DNA of 64,000 nucleotides from Parcubacteria group bacterium Athens0714_16 (GTDB taxonomy: Bacteria; Patescibacteriota; Minisyncoccia; Phycocordibacterales; 21-14-all-36-13), in assembly GCA_007376805.1 (NCBI GenBank), contig VMGX01000001.1:70461-134460 (forward strand). The letters are read 5' to 3'. How positions within the stretch are numbered: the first letter of the stretch is position 1; the number at the start of each line of letters is the position of its first letter. Below, piece by piece: positions 19,005-29,573 of the stretch. The notes beneath the pieces are model-generated. The model was not told where the DNA came from. It saw only the letters and a program-made list of their open reading frames with translations, and ran no database searches. A program made the translations under genes and the position numbers.

Positions 19005-20282
19005 TTAAACATTCATCCCTGCAACATAGCCCGTGGTCCAACAAAGTTGTAAAGAGAAACCCCCCGACGGACGATTGATGTTGAGTAAATCGCCTGTGAT
19101 ATAAAGATTTGGATGAATACGAGAACGCATTGTTCTCATATCAATTTCAGTTAGTAATACTCCACCGTCCGAAACAACTGCCCTATCAAAACCCATCAGA
19201 CCAGTGACCGTGAGTGGCATTGCTTTTAGTAAATCAACAATTTTTTTACGTTCATCTTTTTCTACACTATGAACTTTTTTTTCAAGATCTAAACCTAATT
19301 TAGGAAGTAATAACTCAAGCGCTGGAGATAATCCATGTGGTGCAATTTCTGGTAAAACATTTTTGAGAGTTTTATTTTTATTTTTATTAAAAGTTCTAAC
19401 AATTTCTTTTTCAAGTGCCCCAAGGTCAGTGTGAGGATATGTATCAATTTTTGCAGTAACAACTCCAGCTCTCAATAATTCCTTAACCTGTCGTGCGCTG
19501 TTTAAAATAAGTGGCCCTGACAAACCAAAGTGAGTAAAAAGAATTTTTCCCATTTTACTAAATTTTTTCACACCATCAAGAAAAAAAGTAATTTTCATAA
19601 ATGATAAAGTCACGCCCGACAAATCTTTAACCCATTTTTCACGTACTGCAAAAGGCACAATATCCGGTGATGCTTCTTTAACCTTATGCCCGAGCAATTT
19701 AAGCCAAGCAAAACCATCCCCTGTCGCACCCAACTCTGGATGTGAAAAACCACCTGTCGCTAAAATTAAAGAATTACAAAAATATTTTTCCTTACCAACA
19801 ACAACTCCAGATATTCTGTCATTGTCTTTTTGAATTTTATTAACTCCATGTCCAAGTCTGACAACAACACCATTATCACGCATAAATTTTTCTAACACGC
19901 GGAAAACATCTTCAGCTTTTTGAGTTGAAGGAAAAACACGCTTTCTTGCTTCAGTCACAAGTGGCAAACCACGTTTTTCAAAAAAAGAAAATGTCTCTTT
20001 TACACCAAATCGCGCAAATGCTGAATATAGAAAATCTTTAGCAGTGCCATAATGTCTAATGAAAACTTCATGATCTTCTTCTGCGTTTGTAATATTACAG
20101 CGACCACCACCGGTTGCTTTGAGTTTGTCGCCCAAATGATTATTTTTTTCTATAAGCAAAACACGAAGTCCGCGTTCGCCAGCAAAACCTGAAGCCATCA
20201 TTCCTGATGGCCCTCCTCCTACAACAATAACATCAAATGTATTGTTAGAATTTTTTGAATTTGGACTAGAATTTTTAAACAT
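19005..20282 (-). CDS. HI0933/BaiN-family flavoprotein
   Basis: GGGPSG, TGGGRCNITN, ATGG..P..G.TGDG, FTHFGLSGP, GGFSLQ. Confidence 0.9.
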   Translation of the reverse strand: MFKNSSPNSKNSNNTFDVIVVGGGPSGMMASGFAGERGLRVLLIEKNNHLGDKLKATGGGRCNITNAEEDHEVFIRHYGTAKDFLYSAFARFGVKETFSFFEKRGLPLVTEARKRVFPSTQKAEDVFRVLEKFMRDNGVVVRLGHGVNKIQKDNDRISGVVVGKEKYFCNSLILATGGFSHPELGATGDGFAWLKLLGHKVKEASPDIVPFAVREKWVKDLSGVTLSFMKITFFLDGVKKFSKMGKILFTHFGLSGPLILNSARQVKELLRAGVVTAKIDTYPHTDLGALEKEIVRTFNKNKNKTLKNVLPEIAPHGLSPALELLLPKLGLDLEKKVHSVEKDERKKIVDLLKAMPLTVTGLMGFDRAVVSDGGVLLTEIDMRTMRSRIHPNLYITGDLLNINRPSGGFSLQLCWTTGYVAGMNV

Positions 20283-20292
20283 AAAATAATTA

Positions 20293-20511
20293 TTATTTTA
20301 TGCCTTTTAACTCACTTTCATATTTTTTTGCAATTTCCATCGCAACAGTCATTTGGTCTCTTCCTTTCTTAACCTCTTCCTGAATTTCTTGAGCAATTTT
20401 CATTAAAAGTTCTGGGTTTTCATCAATCATTTTTTCCGCCTTCTCTCTTTGGTCTTCTGGCAACTTCTTCAATTGCATCTTCATTAAATTTTTCATTATA
20501 AAATTTTTCAT
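20293..20511 (-). CDS. Small conserved hypothetical helical protein
   Basis: Operonic ORF overlapping its neighbour. Confidence 0.6.
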   Translation of the reverse strand: MKNFIMKNLMKMQLKKLPEDQREKAEKMIDENPELLMKIAQEIQEEVKKGRDQMTVAMEIAKKYESELKGIK

Positions 20512-20942
20512 AATATTTCAATTTTTAAATTTTCCGTAAAAACATCTATCCTTAACTTTATCTTTTTAATTATCTCTGTTATCTCCTCTGGATTATGTTT
20601 TTTCGTATCTTTAATATTCCATTGGATAATCTGTTTATTTGGTTTTGTTTTCCCAAAAATCTTTTTAGGCACATCGTCTGCGACTATGACAATCAGATTT
20701 TGCCAAAGGAGAAGTTTACTGCTTAATCCTTGTGGTTTACCTTTCATCGGAACTCCAAGTTTTTTGGCTATTTTTATTGTCTCTAAATTTAATGAAGTCC
20801 CTTTTATTAAACCCGCGGATTTTACTTTTATTTTTTTGTTTTTATTTATTTTTTTAAAATAACCTTCAGCTATTTTGCTTCTGAATCTGTTATATTTACA
20901 TACAAATAACAAATTTATTTGTTTTGAATTTTTAGTATACAT
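20508..20942 (-). CDS. Low-molecular-weight phosphatase / ArsC-like protein
   Basis: LFVCKYNRFRSKIAE (CX5R), SAG, WNIKD. Confidence 0.8.
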   Translation of the reverse strand: MYTKNSKQINLLFVCKYNRFRSKIAEGYFKKINKNKKIKVKSAGLIKGTSLNLETIKIAKKLGVPMKGKPQGLSSKLLLWQNLIVIVADDVPKKIFGKTKPNKQIIQWNIKDTKKHNPEEITEIIKKIKLRIDVFTENLKIEIL

Positions 20943-20978
20943 GTTAAAAAATACTTTCCCTACAGTGAGTTTTTAAAG

Positions 20979-23099
<2,121 letters not shown>

Positions 23100-23324
23100 T
23101 TATGGTTAAAAATAAAAATATCGCCACTTTGCGATGGTGTTATTATAGCAAAAATTCCTTTATTTTGAAAGGAATTTTTGTCATTTCTGTGCATAAATTC
23201 AAAAGCCCTGGGAGGGCTTTTGAATCCATAATGTGGTCGTTTTTTAAGGTATTATTTTAGTTTAAAAAATTATATATTTAAAAACTGACACTCTTCTTGA
23301 AAACCTCATTTAGAGGTTTTCAAG

Positions 23325-24842
23325 TTAAATTACCTTATCTATATAGTAATCCACCGGAGCAAAATCATCAGTTAAAATTGGTACATCTATTTTAATTTCT
23401 TTTTTCCAAACACGTTGTAAATATTTATTCAATTCTGGGTCATTACTACTGAAAATTTGTTTTCCTGCCTGCGCAGGCAGGTCTTTTGTTTTTAATGCTA
23501 TCAAAATTATATTTTGGACTTCTTCTCCATTGTTATTTTCGCCGACTGGAAAAACATAAACGTGCGGGAAAATATTTTTATATGTTGCATATTCAGCTCT
23601 CAAAAATTTTCCACTCTCGCCTTCAATTGAAGAAATGAGATTTAAAACAACAACCCCATTTTCATTTAAAATATCATATTTTTTTTGAACCGCTTCTTTG
23701 GTAGTTAACTGATATGGAATAGAATATCGAGAACCGAAAGCGTCGCCAAAAATAACATCATACTTTTCTTTCCCTACTAAGCGGGCAAGCGTTTTATTTA
23801 AATAAACTCTCCCATCTTCATGATAAATGGTTAATCTTGGATTCTCTTTCAAATTAAAATATTTTTTTGCGAGTTCAGTAATTTTTGAATCAATTTCAAC
23901 AACATCAATCGTTGCATCGGGATATTTTAGTAAATAATCTTTTGGATATGAATACCCGGCCCCACCAAATACTAATGATTTTTTAAAATTGGGATTAAAA
24001 TATTTTGCCAAATGAAAATATTTTGAATATTCGTTTACTAATTCATCACTGTCTAAAAACATAGACGAGTGGTTTTCGTTGTTTATCCCCATTACACGAA
24101 CAATCCTGTCTGTCTTTATGTCTTTGTGTTCAGAAATTAAAATACGATTATAGGTAGTATCAACATCTATAAACCCATTTTTTTCAGATAAAGAATTGAA
24201 TTGGTTAAATGATATCCAGCTGGCCAAAACAAATATCAAGACAAATACTTTTCCTATCAAATTTCGTTTTGAATAAATTAATATGGAAACAATTATTAAA
24301 ACAAAAACTAAAATGAGCAACATCTTATTTGTTCCAAACTGTGGAATTAAATAAAAGCCGGCTAGAAATGTTCCAAATATACTTCCGGCAGTAGACAGTG
24401 CATAAAGCGTTCCTATAGTTGAACCAGATGTATCTAAACTATTTATTTTTAATTTTGCAGAATAAGGAGAAACCATCCCCAACAAAACACTTGTTGGTAA
24501 GAATAAAATTAGAGATGCTAAAACAGAGCCAGTTTTAATATTCAATGAACTGTTTTGTAAAATAAGAAGTAGCGGTTCTTTAATTAAGACAGTTAGACCA
24601 ATAAAAATTGCCGACAAAAAAACAATTAGAGACAAATTAGAAAAACTTGGATTTTTGTCTGCAATTTTTCCACCAAAATAATAGCCTAAACTTAAACTCC
24701 CCAAAATAATTCCAATTAAACTAGTCCAAACAAAAATTGATGTTCCAAAAAATGGCCCAAGCACTCTTGAACCAACAAGCTCAAACACCATAACAACGGC
24801 GCCACAAATAAACACGGATATTTCTAAAATGTATTTTTTCAT
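23325..24842 (-). CDS. Fused membrane / spermidine-synthase-like methyltransferase
   Basis: N-terminal TM bundle, GGAGYS, VEID, EDGR, ILTDDFAP; carries two 18-bp hairpin insertions. Confidence 0.85.
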   Translation of the reverse strand: MKKYILEISVFICGAVVMVFELVGSRVLGPFFGTSIFVWTSLIGIILGSLSLGYYFGGKIADKNPSFSNLSLIVFLSAIFIGLTVLIKEPLLLILQNSSLNIKTGSVLASLILFLPTSVLLGMVSPYSAKLKINSLDTSGSTIGTLYALSTAGSIFGTFLAGFYLIPQFGTNKMLLILVFVLIIVSILIYSKRNLIGKVFVLIFVLASWISFNQFNSLSEKNGFIDVDTTYNRILISEHKDIKTDRIVRVMGINNENHSSMFLDSDELVNEYSKYFHLAKYFNPNFKKSLVFGGAGYSYPKDYLLKYPDATIDVVEIDSKITELAKKYFNLKENPRLTIYHEDGRVYLNKTLARLVGKEKYDVIFGDAFGSRYSIPYQLTTKEAVQKKYDILNENGVVVLNLISSIEGESGKFLRAEYATYKNIFPHVYVFPVGENNNGEEVQNIILIALKTKDLPAQAGKQIFSSNDPELNKYLQRVWKKEIKIDVPILTDDFAPVDYYIDKVI

Positions 24843-24843
24843 T

Positions 24844-25431
24844 TTATTTATAAACAAAAATTGCAAACTTTTTCCACATCTCTAAAAAAATATCTTTTGA
24901 TACAAAAATATTTTTACCTTGTTCTATTGATTCTGAATTTGGTTCATTATAAAAAAAACCTACAATATTTTTGTTTCTCTTTTCATATCCAGTTAAAACA
25001 ATCAAATGACCTCCTTTTTGTTCGTTTACATTTCTAAAAATTGAGACTATTACGGGATTGTTGTTTTTTATTTGTTCACATATTTTGTTTAGTGCATTTT
25101 CAGAAAATGTATTTTCGTGTTCATTTACAAACATATCTTCATTTTCATAATTCATTGAACGACTTCTAAATTCTTGATTATACGAACTGACTCCATAATT
25201 TCTTATCAAAGAAGTTAAAGATTTATGAACCCAATATCCATTTATAAAACCTTTTATAAAGATACCCTCATCAAATAATTTGCTTAGTTTTGGAGTTTCA
25301 AAATCAGTATCTTTATAAAAATAATCTATTATCATTTTTATAGAAACAATTCCACATCCTGATTTTTTCCAATAATCCTCTTCCACGTCTAATATTTGAG
25401 AATAATAAGGTACATCTAATATCTTTTTCAT
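24844..25431 (-). CDS. C39-like cysteine peptidase
   Basis: VPYYSQ...GCGIVS, GGHLIVLTG, YNEP. Confidence 0.8.
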   Translation of the reverse strand: MKKILDVPYYSQILDVEEDYWKKSGCGIVSIKMIIDYFYKDTDFETPKLSKLFDEGIFIKGFINGYWVHKSLTSLIRNYGVSSYNQEFRSRSMNYENEDMFVNEHENTFSENALNKICEQIKNNNPVIVSIFRNVNEQKGGHLIVLTGYEKRNKNIVGFFYNEPNSESIEQGKNIFVSKDIFLEMWKKFAIFVYK

Positions 25432-25440
25432 GATAGAAAA

Positions 25441-27819
25441 TTATCTAACATTCCATCCATTTTTAAAATTTAATTTGGATGTAACGTTTTCCATTATATG
25501 ATTAACTTCTTCATCGGTGAGTGTTTTTTCCTGTGACTGAAAAACTAATCGAAACGCGTATGAAACCTTATCTTCTTTTTTATATTCATCAAATAATTTA
25601 TTTTGAACAAGTAAACTTCCGGCATTTTCTCTGACAATATTTAAAATTTCCTCACTTTTTATTTCGACTGGAACCCAAACGGCAATATCTCTCAAAACGA
25701 AAGGATATTGAGAAATGTTTTTATACTTTATTACTGTATCCTTGTAATTTTCAGAAAATTCTTTAAACAATTTTTCATATGAATTAACTTCTGGAAGTTT
25801 TTCAATTATTTCTTCCAAGTCAACTCTAAAAAAATAACTTTTTCCATCATCAAATTCTGGTGCAATAACTTTTGTTTGTAAAATTTCTAAAAGTTTATTT
25901 TTAATTTCTTCAATATAATCTTTTACATTTTTTATACCTTTTTTTCTTATACCAAAAGACAAAAAGAGTTTTTCTCCAGTTTTTTCATAAATTTTACCTA
26001 TTTCAAAAATTTTTATTTCATCAAGCGCAAGTAAATCAGAATACACTGAATTAAAATCCAAATTTTGATTGAATTGTTTTTTTGTAGTATCTCTCAGAAA
26101 TTTTTTATCAATAGCAAGTGGATTCAATAATTCAACTTCCCCACTATCAACAAATGCATAATTATAAACCTCTGAAAATCCTTCGTTTATAAAAAAGTTT
26201 TTAATTAAGTTTGAATAATAAAATATCTTGTCCTTTTTTGCATCAGAATCCTTTTTTTGTAAATCATAAGAAATATTTTCATAACCAAATATTCTTCCTA
26301 TTTCTTCTGCCAAATCTTCTTTTATTCTAATATCATTTCTATAATAAGGAATCGTTAAAACATATCTTTCTTCATTATCTGTAAATCTTCTATAACCAAC
26401 GATCGTTTTGAAAGAAAGATTATCTTCTATATTCTGAACATCAACTTTATTCCCGTTAAACCTTGAAGTATGTAAAACCTTTCCATCTCCTAAATATAAA
26501 CCACAATGATCAACGCCTTCCTGAACTTTCGTACCTTTTATAAAATCTACCGTTTCATAATGAATTTTTCCATTCCCCGTATTCGAAAAAACGATATCAC
26601 CAAATTGCGCTTCTTTTTCAGAAATTTCTTTTCCAAAAACATATTGGTCAACAGAAACTCTTGGAATTTGTATTCCTGCTTGTGCAAACAAATACGCTGT
26701 TAAAGACGAACAATCAAAATAATTTGGTGCATCAAAACTCACACTTGCGCCAAACTTATACGGCTTACCTTCAAGCGTAGGAATAATTTTTTTAATTTCA
26801 TCAAGTGGTTTTATTTTTTTGTATTCAAAACCAAGTTTATCTAAAATTTTTTCAAATTCCTTTTCTTTAATTTCAGTCCCTAAAATTTTATTAATTTCAT
26901 CAATTGAAATTCCTATTTTGTATGGATTTGATTTTCTTGGATATTCATCCAAAATATCTTCGCTCACTCTACCGCCAGATAATTCAGAAGCGAGTTGAGA
27001 CAATCTTTGCATTGCTATAAAAACCAACTCAGGACTTATGTCTGCTTCAAATCTTTTTGATGCTTCTGTTTGTAATCCTAATTTTTTAGATGTTTTTCTT
27101 ATACTCTTTGGATTAAAACTACACACAGATAAAACAATATTTTTTGTTTTTTCGTCTATACCCGTATCAATTCCTCCTTTTATTCCCGCAATATCAAGTG
27201 GCTTTTTGCCGTCGTGAATTACTAAAATTTCTTCATCCAAAATATAATTATTTTCATCTAAGGTAGTGATTTTTTCACCTTTGTCTGCAAATTTTATTGA
27301 AATATTTTTTTTGTTGTTTGTTCCGATGGCTAATTTATCAAAATCAAAAGCATGAACTGGCTGTCCTGTTTCCATCATTACAAAATTTGTTGTATCAACA
27401 ATATTATTTATTGATTTTTGTCCAAATTTTGATAATTTTTCTTTGAGCCAATCTGGTGACTCTTTTACTTGAACATCAACAACAAGTCGTTTTGTTGCTC
27501 GTCTGCATTCGTTTGGATTTTCAATTTTTAAAGTTAAAAAATCAGATGATTTTAAACTTTTGTCTGTTTGTAATTTATTTAAATCTGGAAATTTTGTTTT
27601 TAAGTCAAAAAGCATTTCTATTTCACGTGTAATCCCAAAATAAGAAAGCGAATCGTGAGCTCTGTTTGGTAATATGTCTATATCAAAAATAAAATCATCT
27701 TTGTCTTTTGAAATTTCAGAAATTTCATATGAATGCATCGTAAGAGTGTCCTTTATTTTTTCAGGACTAGGTAATTTTTCGTCAAAATATTCTTGAAGCC
27801 ACTTATAAGAAATTAACAT
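25441..27819 (-). CDS. pheT: Phenylalanine--tRNA ligase beta subunit (no B2 domain) with inserted NlpC/P60 domain
   Basis: MLISYKWL, PNRAHD, INNIVD..N, GQPVHAFD, DLAEEIGRIFGY, FDX-ACB C-terminus; insert FDCSS..DHCG..LHTS. Confidence 0.92.
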   Translation of the reverse strand: MLISYKWLQEYFDEKLPSPEKIKDTLTMHSYEISEISKDKDDFIFDIDILPNRAHDSLSYFGITREIEMLFDLKTKFPDLNKLQTDKSLKSSDFLTLKIENPNECRRATKRLVVDVQVKESPDWLKEKLSKFGQKSINNIVDTTNFVMMETGQPVHAFDFDKLAIGTNNKKNISIKFADKGEKITTLDENNYILDEEILVIHDGKKPLDIAGIKGGIDTGIDEKTKNIVLSVCSFNPKSIRKTSKKLGLQTEASKRFEADISPELVFIAMQRLSQLASELSGGRVSEDILDEYPRKSNPYKIGISIDEINKILGTEIKEKEFEKILDKLGFEYKKIKPLDEIKKIIPTLEGKPYKFGASVSFDAPNYFDCSSLTAYLFAQAGIQIPRVSVDQYVFGKEISEKEAQFGDIVFSNTGNGKIHYETVDFIKGTKVQEGVDHCGLYLGDGKVLHTSRFNGNKVDVQNIEDNLSFKTIVGYRRFTDNEERYVLTIPYYRNDIRIKEDLAEEIGRIFGYENISYDLQKKDSDAKKDKIFYYSNLIKNFFINEGFSEVYNYAFVDSGEVELLNPLAIDKKFLRDTTKKQFNQNLDFNSVYSDLLALDEIKIFEIGKIYEKTGEKLFLSFGIRKKGIKNVKDYIEEIKNKLLEILQTKVIAPEFDDGKSYFFRVDLEEIIEKLPEVNSYEKLFKEFSENYKDTVIKYKNISQYPFVLRDIAVWVPVEIKSEEILNIVRENAGSLLVQNKLFDEYKKEDKVSYAFRLVFQSQEKTLTDEEVNHIMENVTSKLNFKNGWNVR

Positions 27820-27841
27820 AATTGATTTTTAATTTATCTTT

Positions 27842-28672
27842 CTAAAATTGATTTACCAATCTCAAATCTCCAGAATAAAGCATCCTTATATCTGGAATTT
27901 CGTATTTAAGCATAACCAATCTGTCTATACCAACCCCAAATGCGAAACCCTGCCACTCTTGTGGATTAATCCCACAATTTTCTAAAACCTTTGGATGAAC
28001 CATGCCCGCACCCATTATTTCTATCCACCCGGTTCCCTTACATATTGAACAACTTGAATTTATTTTTTTATCTTTTGCACATTTAAAACATGTCATATCA
28101 ACTTCAAGTCCCGGTTCAACGAATGGGAAATAACTTGGTCGAAAACGAATATCAATTTTTGCTTCAAAAAATTTTTCTAAAAATTCCTTCAAAACACCTC
28201 TAAGATTAGCGAGTGTAGTATTTGGAGTAATCATAAGTCCTTCCAATTGATAAAACTGTGCTTCATGTGTTGCATCCGTTGCTTCATATCTAAAACATTT
28301 TCCGGGAGCAATAATTTTTATAGGAGGTTTATTTTTCTCCATATATCTAATCTGAACAGGAGAAGTGTGTGTTCTTAACAACGCAGATTCTCGCAGATTT
28401 TCACGCAGATTTACGCCAATGTTTTTATCTGCATTCATCTGCGTTTTTTTATCTGCGTTTATCTGCGTCTTAATCCAAAAGGTATCCCACATATCTCGTG
28501 CTGGATGATTTGCAGGAATATTTAGTGCATCAAAATTATGATATTCATCTTCCATGTGTGGCCCATCCACTATTTCAAATCCCAAATCATCAAATATTTG
28601 AGCTATTTTCATCATTGCCAATGACAATGGATGATAATGTCCTTTTTCTTTGTTTTTGTCTTGTGGCTCCAT
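27842..28672 (-). CDS. pheS: Phenylalanine--tRNA ligase alpha subunit with repeat insertion
   Basis: HPARDMWDTF, LRTHTSPVQ, FPFVEP, GFAFGVGIDRL. Confidence 0.96.
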   Translation of the reverse strand: MEPQDKNKEKGHYHPLSLAMMKIAQIFDDLGFEIVDGPHMEDEYHNFDALNIPANHPARDMWDTFWIKTQINADKKTQMNADKNIGVNLRENLRESALLRTHTSPVQIRYMEKNKPPIKIIAPGKCFRYEATDATHEAQFYQLEGLMITPNTTLANLRGVLKEFLEKFFEAKIDIRFRPSYFPFVEPGLEVDMTCFKCAKDKKINSSCSICKGTGWIEIMGAGMVHPKVLENCGINPQEWQGFAFGVGIDRLVMLKYEIPDIRMLYSGDLRLVNQF

Positions 28673-28739
28673 TACAATAACAATTCTATATCAAATTTAT
28701 TTATTTTCAAAATAAAAATATTTTCTTGATAAGTTGTAA

Positions 28740-28779
28740 TTTTGTCTCAATTTACGCTATAGCGTAAATTGAGACAAAA
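28740..28779. repeat. Perfect 40-bp palindrome
   Basis: TTTTGTCTCAATTTACGCTA|TAGCGTAAATTGAGACAAAA. Confidence 0.9.
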
Positions 28780-28781
28780 AA

Positions 28782-29147
28782 TTAATTATCTTCAATTGGT
28801 TTATTTAATTTAAATATTCTAAATTTATCTTTCAAGCCAATTTCTTGTAAATAATTAATGAAATATTTGGGTAGCGGTGATGGCCCAGCCCAAACACTTC
28901 TCTGTATCAAAATAAAACCAAGATTTATTAATTGGCGACGAAACCAATCTCTTTCCCTTTTTAAGGTATCCGGTATGTCATACACTAAAAGTAAATTTTT
29001 AGGACTATTTTCCTTCAAATCAGATGTAAATGAATTAAGATATTCTCTTTTAATATATTTTCTTTTTTTCTCACAATTGTTAGAAACAGGGATTCCTATT
29101 AAATTTACCGTTAATCCTTTATATTTAAATTTTTTTCTTTCAGCCAT
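28782..29147 (-). CDS. PaaX-central-domain (Cas2-like fold) protein
   Basis: LLVYDIP...RDWFRRQL..LGF..IQRSVW. Confidence 0.75.
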   Translation of the reverse strand: MAERKKFKYKGLTVNLIGIPVSNNCEKKRKYIKREYLNSFTSDLKENSPKNLLLVYDIPDTLKRERDWFRRQLINLGFILIQRSVWAGPSPLPKYFINYLQEIGLKDKFRIFKLNKPIEDN

Positions 29148-29165
29148 AATGAATCATTATATCAA

Positions 29166-29199
29166 AATCCCCATTTACGCTATAGCGTAAATGGGGATT
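29166..29199. repeat. Perfect 34-bp palindrome sharing a 20-bp core with 28740-28779
   Basis: AATCCCCATTTACGCTA|TAGCGTAAATGGGGATT. Confidence 0.9.
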
Positions 29200-29267
29200 A
29201 AAAATAGTTTCAAAGAAATTTATATATTTTAAAAGTAATTGAAAATTTTGCTATCCACAAATATTAT

Positions 29268-29296
29268 TTGACCATACCCCCCTGGGGGTATATACT
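29268..29296 (+). promoter_or_regulatory. Promoter with CsoR-type operator
   Basis: TTGACC-17-TATACT with ATACCCCCCTGGGGGTAT in the spacer. Confidence 0.85.
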
Positions 29297-29305
29297 TGTT
29301 TCCAT

Positions 29306-29572
29306 ATGAAAAACACAAATAAACAAAAAATTATTAAACGACTTAAAATTCTTGAAGGACAAATTCGTGGGCTTCAAGAAATGGTAATGAAAGATGTATA
29401 CTGTATAGATGTAATAACTCAAACATCAGCAGTAAAACAAGGTCTTTCAAATGTGGAGGATCTACTATTAGAAAATCATTTAGGAAGTTGTATTTTGAAT
29501 CAGTTAAAGTCGGGACAAACAAACAAGGCAAAGAATGAAATTCTAAAAGTTTATAAACTAAAAAGAAAATAA
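29306..29572 (+). CDS. csoR: CsoR-family copper-sensing repressor
   Basis: RLKILEGQIRG..YCIDVITQ..NHLGSC (C-H-C ligands). Confidence 0.9.
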   Translation: MKNTNKQKIIKRLKILEGQIRGLQEMVMKDVYCIDVITQTSAVKQGLSNVEDLLLENHLGSCILNQLKSGQTNKAKNEILKVYKLKRK

Positions 29573-29573
29573 C

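Noticed and set aside
28782-29147. cas2 gene
   Set aside because: Motifs fit the PaaX-type Cas2-like domain; there is no cas operon or array next to it.
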